The translations under genes and the position numbers were made by a program. Below the pieces are notes generated by a model. That model was not told the DNA's origin. It did not search any database and saw only the letters and a program-made list of their open reading frames with translations. 45,838 nt of DNA from the NCBI GenBank assembly GCA_014143165.1, contig GCA_014143165.1_4843.1; one strand, written 5' to 3'. The stretch is from a phage. Below, one piece after another: positions 11,635 to 21,183 of the stretch (its first letter is position 1; every line of letters begins with the position of its first letter).

Positions 11635-12075
11635 TTATAGATTTGAATCAGCGAAAAAACGATAGCAACCACGCCAAGAATAATGTCCAATTTCGCCGGC
11701 CCATTTAAAAGTGATGGAAAGGATGAACAGATGGATGCCGATAATAATAAATGCGTACTGCGCATGAAGCGGCGTTTCTACAGGCGTGATAAATTCCCAT
11801 ACGAATGACTCTATCGCAACCAGCCATTCGTAAAGGCTCATCGTCAGCACGCAGAGCGCCATTTTTGTACTTTTGCGCAGCGCAATAGCCGGAAACAACC
11901 AGACCATAGACTGTGCAAGGTAATACAGATATTCGGCGGGAAATGAATCAACAAGCACCCATCCAAGATACACAGACATCGCCATTGCCGGAATGAACAC
12001 CAGAAACGCAACCATGCCCGTGCAGGCGAACCCCAGCACATACATGATCATGATGGCAATGTCTGCGCCGAACAT
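11635..12075 (-). CDS. Hypothetical multi-pass membrane protein
   Basis: 146-aa ORF with at least 4 hydrophobic segments. Confidence 0.55.
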   Translation of the reverse strand: MFGADIAIMIMYVLGFACTGMVAFLVFIPAMAMSVYLGWVLVDSFPAEYLYYLAQSMVWLFPAIALRKSTKMALCVLTMSLYEWLVAIESFVWEFITPVETPLHAQYAFIIIGIHLFILSITFKWAGEIGHYSWRGCYRFFADSNL

Positions 12076-12194
12076 TATTTTTTACCGCGCGATGGTGAGC
12101 GGGCAGAGCCGTTTGGTTTCACTGCGCCAGTTTTGCCGCCAGTTTTGGTATTGCCAGTAGCGCGAGAACGAGACGGACCGTTTGTTGAACCCAT
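12075..12194 (-). CDS. Hypothetical small basic protein (39 aa)
   Basis: Hand-translated: MGSTNGPSRSRATGNTKTGGKTGAVKPNGSARSPSRGKK. GGAG lies 8 nt upstream, and the stop overlaps the next ATG (TAATG). Below the ORF-track cutoff. Confidence 0.4.
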   Translation of the reverse strand: MGSTNGPSRSRATGNTKTGGKTGAVKPNGSARSPSRGKK

Positions 12195-12241
12195 GTTCAA
12201 ATCTCCTGTTGTTTGATTAGCATGATTTTAGCATATTCCTG

Positions 12242-12270
12242 TTGACGTAGATTGACGTAGCGTTTATAGT
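12242..12270 (+). promoter_or_regulatory. Promoter TTGACG-17-TATAGT with tandem TTGACGTAG repeats
   Basis: TTGACG at 12242-12247, 17-nt spacer, TATAGT at 12265-12270. The region contains GACGTAGATT (12244-12253), GACGTAGCGT and GATGTAGAAA (12275-12284). Confidence 0.55.
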
Positions 12271-12293
12271 TGTTGATGTAGAAACAGCAATAA

Positions 12294-12485
12294 ATGTTAG
12301 AGGTGATGAAAATGGAAGGTGAAACAGAAGTTTTTGCTGTTGATGTTTTTTATCAAGCATCAGACGAAGGCATTCCAGCTCACTGGTGCTGCCAGTTTAT
12401 TCGCGATGGATGGACTGGTTATGAATATTTTGATAACTCAGAAGATGCATATAACTATGCTTACTCACATGGATTTCAAGGATAA
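12294..12485 (+). CDS. Hypothetical protein
   Basis: 63-aa ORF. The start may be the ATG at 12306 or 12312, downstream of AGAGG. Confidence 0.5.
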   Translation: MLEVMKMEGETEVFAVDVFYQASDEGIPAHWCCQFIRDGWTGYEYFDNSEDAYNYAYSHGFQG

Positions 12486-12488
12486 ACA

Positions 12489-13298
12489 ATGAAAACACTC
12501 AGCAAAATATATTCAGACAAAGAAACGCGCAACGGCATCGCTGTTAACAAAACCTATCTCGTGCCAGTTGAGCAAATCTATCTGGAACCGGGCTACAACA
12601 TCCGTGAAGCAGATGAGCAGCATGTGGAATATTTCGCGCAGTGCTGGGAATCAGGTCAGCCACTGCCAGCATTAACAGTTATTCCTGACGAGAAGGGAAT
12701 CCGCATTCTTAATGGTCAGCATCGCTATCTCGGCGAATTGCGTGCCATTGAGCGTGGCGCGCCAATCGTTCGCATTGAGTGTAATGATTTTACAGGAGAC
12801 GAAGCAGATAAAATCGCCTTCATGGTGTCATCCAGTCAGGGTAAGCAGCTCGACCCGTTTGAGCGCGCAAAGGCTTACACGAGACTGAAAGGTTTTGGCT
12901 GGACGAATGAAGAAATCGCCAAAAAGGTAGGCCGCTCAGTATCTGATGTGCAAATGCATCTGTCACTGGGTGATGTTCCAGCGGAAGTGAAAGCGCGCAT
13001 CAGTGCAGGACAAATCAGCTATGCAAATGCCGTAGCGGTAACGCGCGAGCATGGTGATGATGCGGCTAAAGTTATCGACGAGGCAGTCGAAGAGGCCAAA
13101 GCACAAGGCAAAGACAAGGTCACAGCGAAAGTACTGAAGGCGAAAAAGATTAAGCCAGTAGACCGCCTGATTGAGTTATTGAAGCCAGCCGACCATGTGA
13201 TTCTCCCCGCTGGTCATGTGGTGGCAGAGGATGAGGAATTTATCCAGATTCCTGTCGCAGACATTCACGAGGTTATGGCAATTCTGGAGAAGATGTGA
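12489..13298 (+). CDS. ParB-like nuclease-domain / HTH DNA-binding protein
   Basis: 269 aa. The ParB N-terminal domain signature is present (ILNGQHRYLGELRA), followed by an HTH-like WTNEEIAKKVGRSVSDVQ. Confidence 0.8.
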   Translation: MKTLSKIYSDKETRNGIAVNKTYLVPVEQIYLEPGYNIREADEQHVEYFAQCWESGQPLPALTVIPDEKGIRILNGQHRYLGELRAIERGAPIVRIECNDFTGDEADKIAFMVSSSQGKQLDPFERAKAYTRLKGFGWTNEEIAKKVGRSVSDVQMHLSLGDVPAEVKARISAGQISYANAVAVTREHGDDAAKVIDEAVEEAKAQGKDKVTAKVLKAKKIKPVDRLIELLKPADHVILPAGHVVAEDEEFIQIPVADIHEVMAILEKM

Positions 13299-14095
13299 TG
13301 ATAGTCCACTACTACAATGAGTGGGACAAGGGCGCAGCGGCATGGCTGCGCGAATTAATTAACAATAAACTAATTCCTTACGGATATGTCGATGAGCGAT
13401 CAATTACCGAAGTCACCCCTTCAGACCTGGAAGGATTTACACAATGTCACTTCTTTGCCGGAATCGGAGGGTGGCCCCTTGCACTCCAGCTGGCAGGAAT
13501 ACCAGAGAGCACTCGACTCTGGACAGGATCACCACCTTGCCAGCCGTTTAGCGTTGCCGGTCAGTCTCGCGGATTTGATGACGAACGACACCTTGCCCCT
13601 GTATTTCTCCGGCTCATCAGAGAGTGCAAACCTGAATTGCTATTTGGAGAGCAGGTTGCGGCAGCAATTGCAAAGCACTGGCTCGACTTTGTATTCCTTA
13701 ACCTGGAAGAAAAAGGCTACACCTGCGGGGCGGCAGTATTGCCAGCTTGCAGCGTCGGCTCTCCACAGGAAAGGAAAAGAACCATCTTTGGCGCGAGGAT
13801 GGGCGACACCAACAGCGCGAGGATGGAAGGATTATGGGAATCTCAGCAAGTCATTTTACAGAAAGGACGGAAAATTCAGGAACGATACTCTTTATCGCCA
13901 GATGTGGCTTCATGTTTATGGGATTCATGGAAACCCAAACATGGAGCAGATAAAGAAACTAGAGTCATACCAGGCGGATTTTGCGAGGCAACTCATGGGG
14001 TATCCGCAAGAGTGGGACGACTGCGCGGTTATGGCAATGCCATAGTTCCACAAGTCGCAGCAGAATTCATTAAAGCATTCATGAGGTCCGTTTAA
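13295..14095 (+). CDS. DNA (cytosine-5) methyltransferase, short-TRD phage type
   Basis: Motif I FFAGIGGW, motif IV SPPCQPFS, motif VI-like FGEQV, motif VIII SPQERKRTIF, motif X GNAIVPQVA, preceded by GVSARVGRLRGY as in phage Dcm-like enzymes. Confidence 0.85.
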   Translation: MMIVHYYNEWDKGAAAWLRELINNKLIPYGYVDERSITEVTPSDLEGFTQCHFFAGIGGWPLALQLAGIPESTRLWTGSPPCQPFSVAGQSRGFDDERHLAPVFLRLIRECKPELLFGEQVAAAIAKHWLDFVFLNLEEKGYTCGAAVLPACSVGSPQERKRTIFGARMGDTNSARMEGLWESQQVILQKGRKIQERYSLSPDVASCLWDSWKPKHGADKETRVIPGGFCEATHGVSARVGRLRGYGNAIVPQVAAEFIKAFMRSV

Positions 14096-14268
14096 TGACA
14101 CCAGAACAATTCATCGAAAAACAACTACGCGCCAAACTGCCGGACATCGACCAGATGGCAATTGATGCGGCAATTCAGTATTACAAGCGCAATCAGAGCG
14201 AAAAGAAGGGTGGCATTTTTGAAGAGTGCCTGAAGGTTGCAAAACAACACATGATTAAGGTGAAGTGA
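14095..14268 (+). CDS. Hypothetical small protein (57 aa)
   Basis: Hand-translated: MTPEQFIEKQLRAKLPDIDQMAIDAAIQYYKRNQSEKKGGIFEECLKVAKQHMIKVK. TAATG and TGATG overlaps with its neighbours. Confidence 0.5.
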   Translation: MTPEQFIEKQLRAKLPDIDQMAIDAAIQYYKRNQSEKKGGIFEECLKVAKQHMIKVK

Positions 14269-14807
14269 TGAAACTAAAAATCAGCAAATTATTACTTGAA
14301 TCAGCATTAATATTTCAGGCTCGCAACGATGTGCGGTATTACCTGAATGGAATCTGCTTCATGCCTGATGGTCGCATTGCATCAACTGACGGTCATCGCG
14401 CATTTATTGGTGGCAACCATGACAATACGCTGACAGAAAATGTGATTATCAAGATTGGCAAGTCACCAACAAAGCGCTATGACTACGCCATCATTGATAC
14501 CAAAGCGAAAATTGCAACGTATCATGATGAAGCTGGTGTGATGGTTGGCACTGGTATCTGCGAAGAGATTGACGGACGATTCCCGGATATTGACCGCATC
14601 ATTCCGAAGCAGATCTCGCCAACAGAGGAAATTGGCTTCAATGCTGGCTATCTTGTTGATGTCGAGAAAGCTGCGAAGCTATTTAACCCTAGATTATGTG
14701 GAGTTAAGTTTGAATTGAATGGAAATACAAATGCCGCAGTTTGCTGCCTTAGTGCGCCAACTGGCGAAACTGCGAAGATTGTTGTTATGCCGATGAGGAT
14801 TTATTAA
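14268..14807 (+). CDS. Truncated DNA polymerase III beta-clamp (DnaN)-like protein
   Basis: 179 aa from the ATG at 14268. DVRYYLNG, STDGHRA, DGRFPDIDRIIP, EIGFNAGYLVDV and the C-terminal IVVMPMRIY match E. coli DnaN domain II and the C-terminal half of domain III (from memory of the DnaN sequence). Domain I and roughly 60 aa of domain III are absent. Confidence 0.75.
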   Translation: MKLKISKLLLESALIFQARNDVRYYLNGICFMPDGRIASTDGHRAFIGGNHDNTLTENVIIKIGKSPTKRYDYAIIDTKAKIATYHDEAGVMVGTGICEEIDGRFPDIDRIIPKQISPTEEIGFNAGYLVDVEKAAKLFNPRLCGVKFELNGNTNAAVCCLSAPTGETAKIVVMPMRIY

Positions 14808-15088
14808 TGAGTGAAGAGATGAAGCCATGCAGGCTTTGCGGAGTTAAGCAAAGCGGCGTCGATGAACATAATAATGAATACGAAAAACTTGTCAGCCTTG
14901 TTCTTCGTTCTGGAGACGAAAGAGAACTGCTTGAGTTGATTGACCTGATGAGAGGCAAAATAATAACGTCGGTAACAACATCAATTGGTAGCAGTAAGTT
15001 GGCATATGAAAGCCGCGAACTTTATCATGTTCAAGTCATGCATGACGCAATATCTTTACTGCGTGAAAAGCTAATTTCCAGACAGTAA
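14807..15088 (+). CDS. Hypothetical protein
   Basis: 93-aa ORF, ATGA-coupled to the DnaN-like gene. It has an N-terminal CRLCG motif. Confidence 0.5.
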   Translation: MSEEMKPCRLCGVKQSGVDEHNNEYEKLVSLVLRSGDERELLELIDLMRGKIITSVTTSIGSSKLAYESRELYHVQVMHDAISLLREKLISRQ

Positions 15089-15091
15089 ACC

Positions 15092-15119
15092 AAAGCCCCT
15101 TTACGGGGCTTTTCTTTTA
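15092..15119. terminator. Bidirectional intrinsic terminator
   Basis: AAAGCCCC-TTTAC-GGGGCTTT hairpin plus a T-run, between convergent genes ending at 15088 (+) and 15120 (-). Confidence 0.8.
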
Positions 15120-15968
15120 TCACGCCAGATAAGTATCATCCTCAAACCACGAGACATACGCATTGATATTCTGCACCGCAGTATCCAGTGATGTTATGCG
15201 AAGCAAATACGTCGTATTTGGTGCCATGATAATCTGCTCGCCGAGTTTCGCCTGCGAGTTACCCTGACCCTGATTCGATGCGTTGCCCTCACTGTACGTC
15301 GCCGCCACCGTCAGCTGCCCAATACTTGTGATTGTAGAGCCAGTCAGAAGCTGCGCCGTAGCTGCCTGCGGCGTTATGTCGTTTGGGTTGTTAATCTCTG
15401 CCGCCGTACCGCCAGTGGCAACCGCGCCGCGATAGATTGATGCAACAACACCTTTCCCCGTATAACCAATAATGCGCTGGTTGAATATCACCTGCTTTGT
15501 TCCGGTGATAAAGATGCTGTCAAGGTTTGAGCTGCCAGCGACATCAGTTACTCTGCGCGACGCAGTGAACAGCTTGCCTTGCTTATTGGCGCGTTCAATA
15601 TATGACTGCGTGGTGATGTCGCTTAGCGCAACATCTGGCTGAAGGTTTACCACCGATTGCGGAGACACGCCAGCTCGCCACGCCGAAACGCGCAGCGAGT
15701 TTACTGCCGCTGGCAATTCAGTTTTGATTATCTTCAGGCGCAGCGCTACGCCGTAATAATTATTATTGTTGACGTCAATCCAGTAGTTGCCAGACTCAAA
15801 TGGCGACACCTTCACGGACACGGTTCCGCTCACCAACGGCGTGTATGCGCCAGATGAATTAAGCGGCATCACGTTAACCTGTAGCGCAGTCCAGTCAGCG
15901 GACATCAGCTCGTCAAGCGTCACCTCGCCGTCATCCCGCGTGGTGAATATGTCGTATCTTACAGCCAT
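15120..15968 (-). CDS. Hypothetical virion-associated protein
   Basis: The track ORF starts at a TTG (15980). The ATG at 15968 (MAVRYDIF...) is preferred. The beta-rich sequence lies downstream of the capsid genes. Confidence 0.5.
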   Translation of the reverse strand: MAVRYDIFTTRDDGEVTLDELMSADWTALQVNVMPLNSSGAYTPLVSGTVSVKVSPFESGNYWIDVNNNNYYGVALRLKIIKTELPAAVNSLRVSAWRAGVSPQSVVNLQPDVALSDITTQSYIERANKQGKLFTASRRVTDVAGSSNLDSIFITGTKQVIFNQRIIGYTGKGVVASIYRGAVATGGTAAEINNPNDITPQAATAQLLTGSTITSIGQLTVAATYSEGNASNQGQGNSQAKLGEQIIMAPNTTYLLRITSLDTAVQNINAYVSWFEDDTYLA

Positions 15969-15980
15969 AGAAACCCCCAA

Positions 15981-16004
15981 TAAAAAACCCGCATAATGCG
16001 GGTT
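15981..16004 (-). terminator. Intrinsic terminator (leftward)
   Basis: AACCCGC-ATTAT-GCGGGTT followed on the minus strand by TTTTTTATT. Lies after the capsid gene block. Confidence 0.7.
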
Positions 16005-16008
16005 CAGT

Positions 16009-16206
16009 TTACTCTGCTTTCTTTTTCTTTGTCGTCTTTTCTTGCGGGGTTGCGACTTCGAAAGACTTTTCCAGTTCTGGCATAACGCGCAGCTTTGACA
16101 TCAGATGATCAGCAGGCTCCGTGATAACCTCGCCAAGCTGTAACTCACGAATCTTGCCTTTCTCTTTCACAAAGATTCCTCGTGCGATGACTTCGTATTT
16201 AGCCAT
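16009..16206 (-). CDS. Hypothetical protein
   Basis: 65-aa ORF with a lysine-rich C-terminus, located between two hairpins. Confidence 0.5.
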   Translation of the reverse strand: MAKYEVIARGIFVKEKGKIRELQLGEVITEPADHLMSKLRVMPELEKSFEVATPQEKTTKKKKAE

Positions 16207-16224
16207 TATTCACCTCAAATTCAC

Positions 16225-16245
16225 AAAGGGGCTTTCGCCCCTTTT
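16225..16245 (-). terminator. Hairpin / partial terminator directly after the major capsid gene
   Basis: AAAGGGGC-GAAA-GCCCCTTT on the minus strand, 4 nt after the capsid stop, with a moderately T-rich tail. Confidence 0.55.
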
Positions 16246-16248
16246 CTA

Positions 16249-17319
16249 TTACTGCGGAGTTTGTGTACCGTAGCCGTTGAACACTTTGGACTTACCGGAG
16301 AAATCCTTGCGCACCTGAAGCCCCATAGCAGACCATACGAGGAAGTTAAAGTTATCGTGCGGATTGTCACGGGCTGCCGCATAGGTGGAAACAGGCTGAG
16401 CAACACGCGGACGGATGTACATGTCGTTGCGAACGTAGCCAACGAAATGGTTGCCAGTCAGCAGGAAGTTGGTGCCAATCTTGCCGATGCGACCATTGCC
16501 GAATTGCGTGATGTACTGCTCAACAGTGCCGCCTTTGAAGCCTGCCGCATCAGAATACGGACGCATGAAGCTACGACGCACTGCCGGGGAAACCCACAGA
16601 GTCACCTGCTCAAATACGTTCTGTGCATCCAGAATAGCCTGGAAATCCTGATTGAAGAATTTCACGATTTCGTCTGGCGTTGCGGTTTGCAGGTCGATAT
16701 TCAGACCGCCGGAAGCATTCAGGTTAACCTGAATAGTGTTCGGGTGGTTGGTGATACCGTAGCCAGTGTAAACGCCATTCACGTTCAGAGTCTGGTCGCC
16801 AGTCAGCAGGTACTGCGCCATATCGGAACGCAGGTTGAAGGTGACGTTAGCCTGATCGTCCAGTAGTGGGTCAAAACCTTCAGACTGCATACCCAGCAGT
16901 TCGCGCCATTCGCGGCTGTAGCCAGTCTTGAAGATTGGAATCACATCGCCAGTGTAATCGTAGCGAGTTTTATCCAAATCTTCTGGCTCCTGACCAGACA
17001 GAGTGCGAACAACTTTACCAGCATCGGAAGCAATGCGGCTGATTGCCACAGTCTTACCGATATTGATGTTTGCCGCGATGCCCATCAGGTCAGCCATCAT
17101 ATCCTGACCAGCTTCGTTGCGGAAAACGCGAGTGGTAACGTTATCCACGTCGCGCCAGTAATCTTTCGTTACCAGTGCTGTGGCGTTAACGCCGTAAGTT
17201 TTCGCCAGTTCAGCTTCTGCATTGCAGAACACTTTACGGTCGATGGTCAGATGTTTCCACTGGTCAGCCACTACTGCGGAGTTGGCTACCAAATCTTTGG
17301 TAAAAATAATCTTTTCCAT
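16249..17319 (-). CDS. Major capsid protein
   Basis: 356-aa ORF following the scaffold and decoration-like genes. Size and position are typical, and it is flanked downstream by a strong hairpin. Confidence 0.8.
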   Translation of the reverse strand: MEKIIFTKDLVANSAVVADQWKHLTIDRKVFCNAEAELAKTYGVNATALVTKDYWRDVDNVTTRVFRNEAGQDMMADLMGIAANINIGKTVAISRIASDAGKVVRTLSGQEPEDLDKTRYDYTGDVIPIFKTGYSREWRELLGMQSEGFDPLLDDQANVTFNLRSDMAQYLLTGDQTLNVNGVYTGYGITNHPNTIQVNLNASGGLNIDLQTATPDEIVKFFNQDFQAILDAQNVFEQVTLWVSPAVRRSFMRPYSDAAGFKGGTVEQYITQFGNGRIGKIGTNFLLTGNHFVGYVRNDMYIRPRVAQPVSTYAAARDNPHDNFNFLVWSAMGLQVRKDFSGKSKVFNGYGTQTPQ

Positions 17320-17321
17320 TA

Positions 17322-19075
<1,754 letters not shown>

Positions 19076-19104
19076 ACTAACCCCTGCTGTTGGTTAACTT
19101 AGGA

Positions 19105-19113
19105 ATTATATCA
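19105..19113 (-). promoter_or_regulatory. Extended -10 promoter TGATATAAT (leftward, drives scaffold-capsid block)
   Basis: The reverse complement of 19105-19113 is TGATATAAT, 30 nt upstream of the ATG at 19075. It overlaps the ATG (19113) of the opposite-strand endonuclease-like gene. Confidence 0.55.
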
Positions 19114-20510
19114 TGCCGAAGAAGATGACTATTGATGAGCTCAAAGAAAAGATTCGTAGCGTTCATGGCGAGACGTATGAGTATGATTTTCATACCTTCC
19201 ATGGCTGCCACTCACCAATGAAAATAGTATGCAAAAAGCATGGGGAATTCTGGCAAAAGCCATCCAAACACCTTCATGGTCAGGGGTGTGCAAAGTGCCA
19301 AAGGGGCGTTATTTCTGTCGATGACTTCAAATCAATGGCCTCCGCTATTCATGACGGGAAATATGACTATAGCAAGGTTTTTTTTGAAGCGTTTTCAAGG
19401 GCAAAGATAACAATCGGATGCCCGATTCATGGGTGGTTTGAGCAATTGGCCTACATTCATCTGAAGAGGGGTAATGGATGCCCAAGGTGTGGAGATGAGA
19501 GATCGAGAAAAGCCAAGTTAAAAAAGTTCAGCAATTTTGTTGATGATGCGAAATACGTCCATGGTGATAAGTATGAGTATTCCCCGAATGGTTTTACTGG
19601 TTCTCGAGGCAAGATTAATATCTTATGTCCTACACATGGTGAGTTTACTCAAGGTGCCGCAAATCACCTGGCTGGTAATGGGTGCCCATCGTGCGCAAGA
19701 GTGATGTCAAACATAGAAGCCGATATCCTTGCATTTGTTAAGTCACTGGACCCACATGTGATCAGCAGGGATAGAGCAACGATAGCACCATATGAACTGG
19801 ATATAGTCTCAAGAGCAAAATCATTAGCCATAGAGGTAAACGGCACATACTGGCACTCGGAGAGGGCTGGGAAAGATAGGTTATATCACAAAATGAAAAG
19901 AGAGATGGTTGAAGAATCTGGGATGAGATTGATAAGCATAAGAAGTGATATATGGAGAGATAAGCGCGAATTAGTAGAGGAAATAATAATTAATGCCATG
20001 GGGGCATCTGAGAGCAGGAAGGTTGACGCAAGAAAGTGCACCATTAAAGATGTATCACCATCTGAATCAAGGGCTTTTCTTGATAGATACCATGTTATGG
20101 GAGGGAGGAATGCCAGTAGGCACTTCGGTTTATTTTGTGGCGGTGAACTGGTATCTGTTATGTCATTTACAGTAAGGAAAGGTTCTGTTGAGTTAGTTAG
20201 ATTCGCATCTAAATGCAATGTTCGTGGTGGGTTAACAAAGATGCTAAAACACTGCTCATCAGTTGTTGGTTTTGATAAGTGTTTCAGCTATGTAGACCTT
20301 GATTTGTTTACCGGTAAATCATACCTCTTAGCTGGCTTTAAAGCTGTAAGCATAAAACCCGGATTCGCGATTGTTAACGGAAATCATGTGGAATCAAGGC
20401 AAAAGTGGAATAAGGCACCTAATGGCATGACTCAGAGCGAATGGTACGAATCTGAAGGCGTAAGCAGGATATGGGATAGCGGACAAATGAGAATAGAGTG
20501 GAGTAAATAG
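19113..20510 (+). CDS. Homing-endonuclease-like protein (three Zn-ribbon repeats + Vsr/PD-(D/E)XK-like core + C-terminal domain)
   Basis: 465 aa. A module HG..Y.Y......I.C..HG.F.Q....HL.G.GC..C is repeated three times. It is followed by ELDIVSRAKSLAIEVNGTYWHSE (a Vsr/DUF559-like nuclease motif) and a ~170-aa C-terminal domain. This is a solitary plus-strand gene with its own terminator. Confidence 0.55.
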   Translation: MPKKMTIDELKEKIRSVHGETYEYDFHTFHGCHSPMKIVCKKHGEFWQKPSKHLHGQGCAKCQRGVISVDDFKSMASAIHDGKYDYSKVFFEAFSRAKITIGCPIHGWFEQLAYIHLKRGNGCPRCGDERSRKAKLKKFSNFVDDAKYVHGDKYEYSPNGFTGSRGKINILCPTHGEFTQGAANHLAGNGCPSCARVMSNIEADILAFVKSLDPHVISRDRATIAPYELDIVSRAKSLAIEVNGTYWHSERAGKDRLYHKMKREMVEESGMRLISIRSDIWRDKRELVEEIIINAMGASESRKVDARKCTIKDVSPSESRAFLDRYHVMGGRNASRHFGLFCGGELVSVMSFTVRKGSVELVRFASKCNVRGGLTKMLKHCSSVVGFDKCFSYVDLDLFTGKSYLLAGFKAVSIKPGFAIVNGNHVESRQKWNKAPNGMTQSEWYESEGVSRIWDSGQMRIEWSK

Positions 20511-20516
20511 AAAGTA

Positions 20517-20542
20517 AAAGGTGTCATTTGACACCTTTTTTT
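20517..20542 (+). terminator. Intrinsic terminator
   Basis: GGTGTC-ATTT-GACACC (20520-20535) followed by T7. Confidence 0.8.
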
Positions 20543-20658
20543 GTGGTCGAATTATAACACAGGGAGATATAGCACCATGAGGCGGTAGCCAGTGCAAATA
20601 ATGGCGAATCGGTGAGTGCGTATAGCGTGAGAAAGTAAGGGATGGGGATTATGTTCAT
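20524..20658 (-). CDS. Hypothetical small hydrophobic protein (44 aa)
   Basis: Hand-translated: MNIIPIPYFLTLYALTDSPLFALATASWCYISLCYNSTTKKGVK. AGGAGG lies 6 nt upstream, and the start codon falls inside an 8-bp inverted repeat (20656-20663/20683-20690). Confidence 0.35.
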   Translation of the reverse strand: MNIIPIPYFLTLYALTDSPLFALATASWCYISLCYNSTTKKGVK

Positions 20659-20713
20659 GGGCTACCTCCTGATTAAATGATAGCAGCCCATGATGAACAA
20701 AAGATATACGGTG

Positions 20714-20860
20714 TTAGTCTGAAATCACATCATCCATGAATGCAAGCGCAGCACCTGAAAGACAGAACAGAGCGCCATAGCAAATCATCTGGTAGAGAGT
20801 GTCAGCCTCAAATACCCTCGCGAATGCGTAAGCGGATAAAATCCACAGTAATGGAATCAT
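20714..20860 (-). CDS. Hypothetical small membrane protein (48 aa)
   Basis: Hand-translated: MIPLLWILSAYAFARVFEADTLYQMICYGALFCLSGAALAFMDDVISD. ATGA overlap with the upstream gene. Confidence 0.4.
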   Translation of the reverse strand: MIPLLWILSAYAFARVFEADTLYQMICYGALFCLSGAALAFMDDVISD

Positions 20861-21183
20861 AACCCAGCCTCCTGCTTTGCGCGGTGAACGTATGACATAA
20901 ACTTGCCAATTGGCATTTCCTTGCGGATTTGCGCCAGTATCGCCCCGTGAATCATTCTTTCCTCGCCGTAATACAACTTATCAAGTCGAGTTTTAATGAG
21001 TGCTCGCGTACGTTTCATGTGGTCGCGTGCCTTAAGTGCTTTCTCATGCCATACGCGGTCATTCTTCTTATCAGCATATTGCAGTTGGCGTTCAACAGTT
21101 TCGATTTCAAACGCCAGTTGCACGTCATAATCTTCGAGCTGAATGATGTCTGCTTTCATAATGTCGTTTAGTTGGATAATCAT
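20857..21183 (-). CDS. Hypothetical protein
   Basis: 108-aa helical ORF, ATGA-coupled to the upstream gene. Confidence 0.55.
   Translation of the reverse strand: MIIQLNDIMKADIIQLEDYDVQLAFEIETVERQLQYADKKNDRVWHEKALKARDHMKRTRALIKTRLDKLYYGEERMIHGAILAQIRKEMPIGKFMSYVHRAKQEAGL

Noticed and set aside
11538-11765. 75-aa minus-strand ORF overlapping two neighbouring genes
   Set aside because: It overlaps the 3' end of the membrane protein gene (11635-12075) and the 5' end of 11318-11602 in a third frame. Its 3' half is a basic, low-complexity read-through of the intergenic region.
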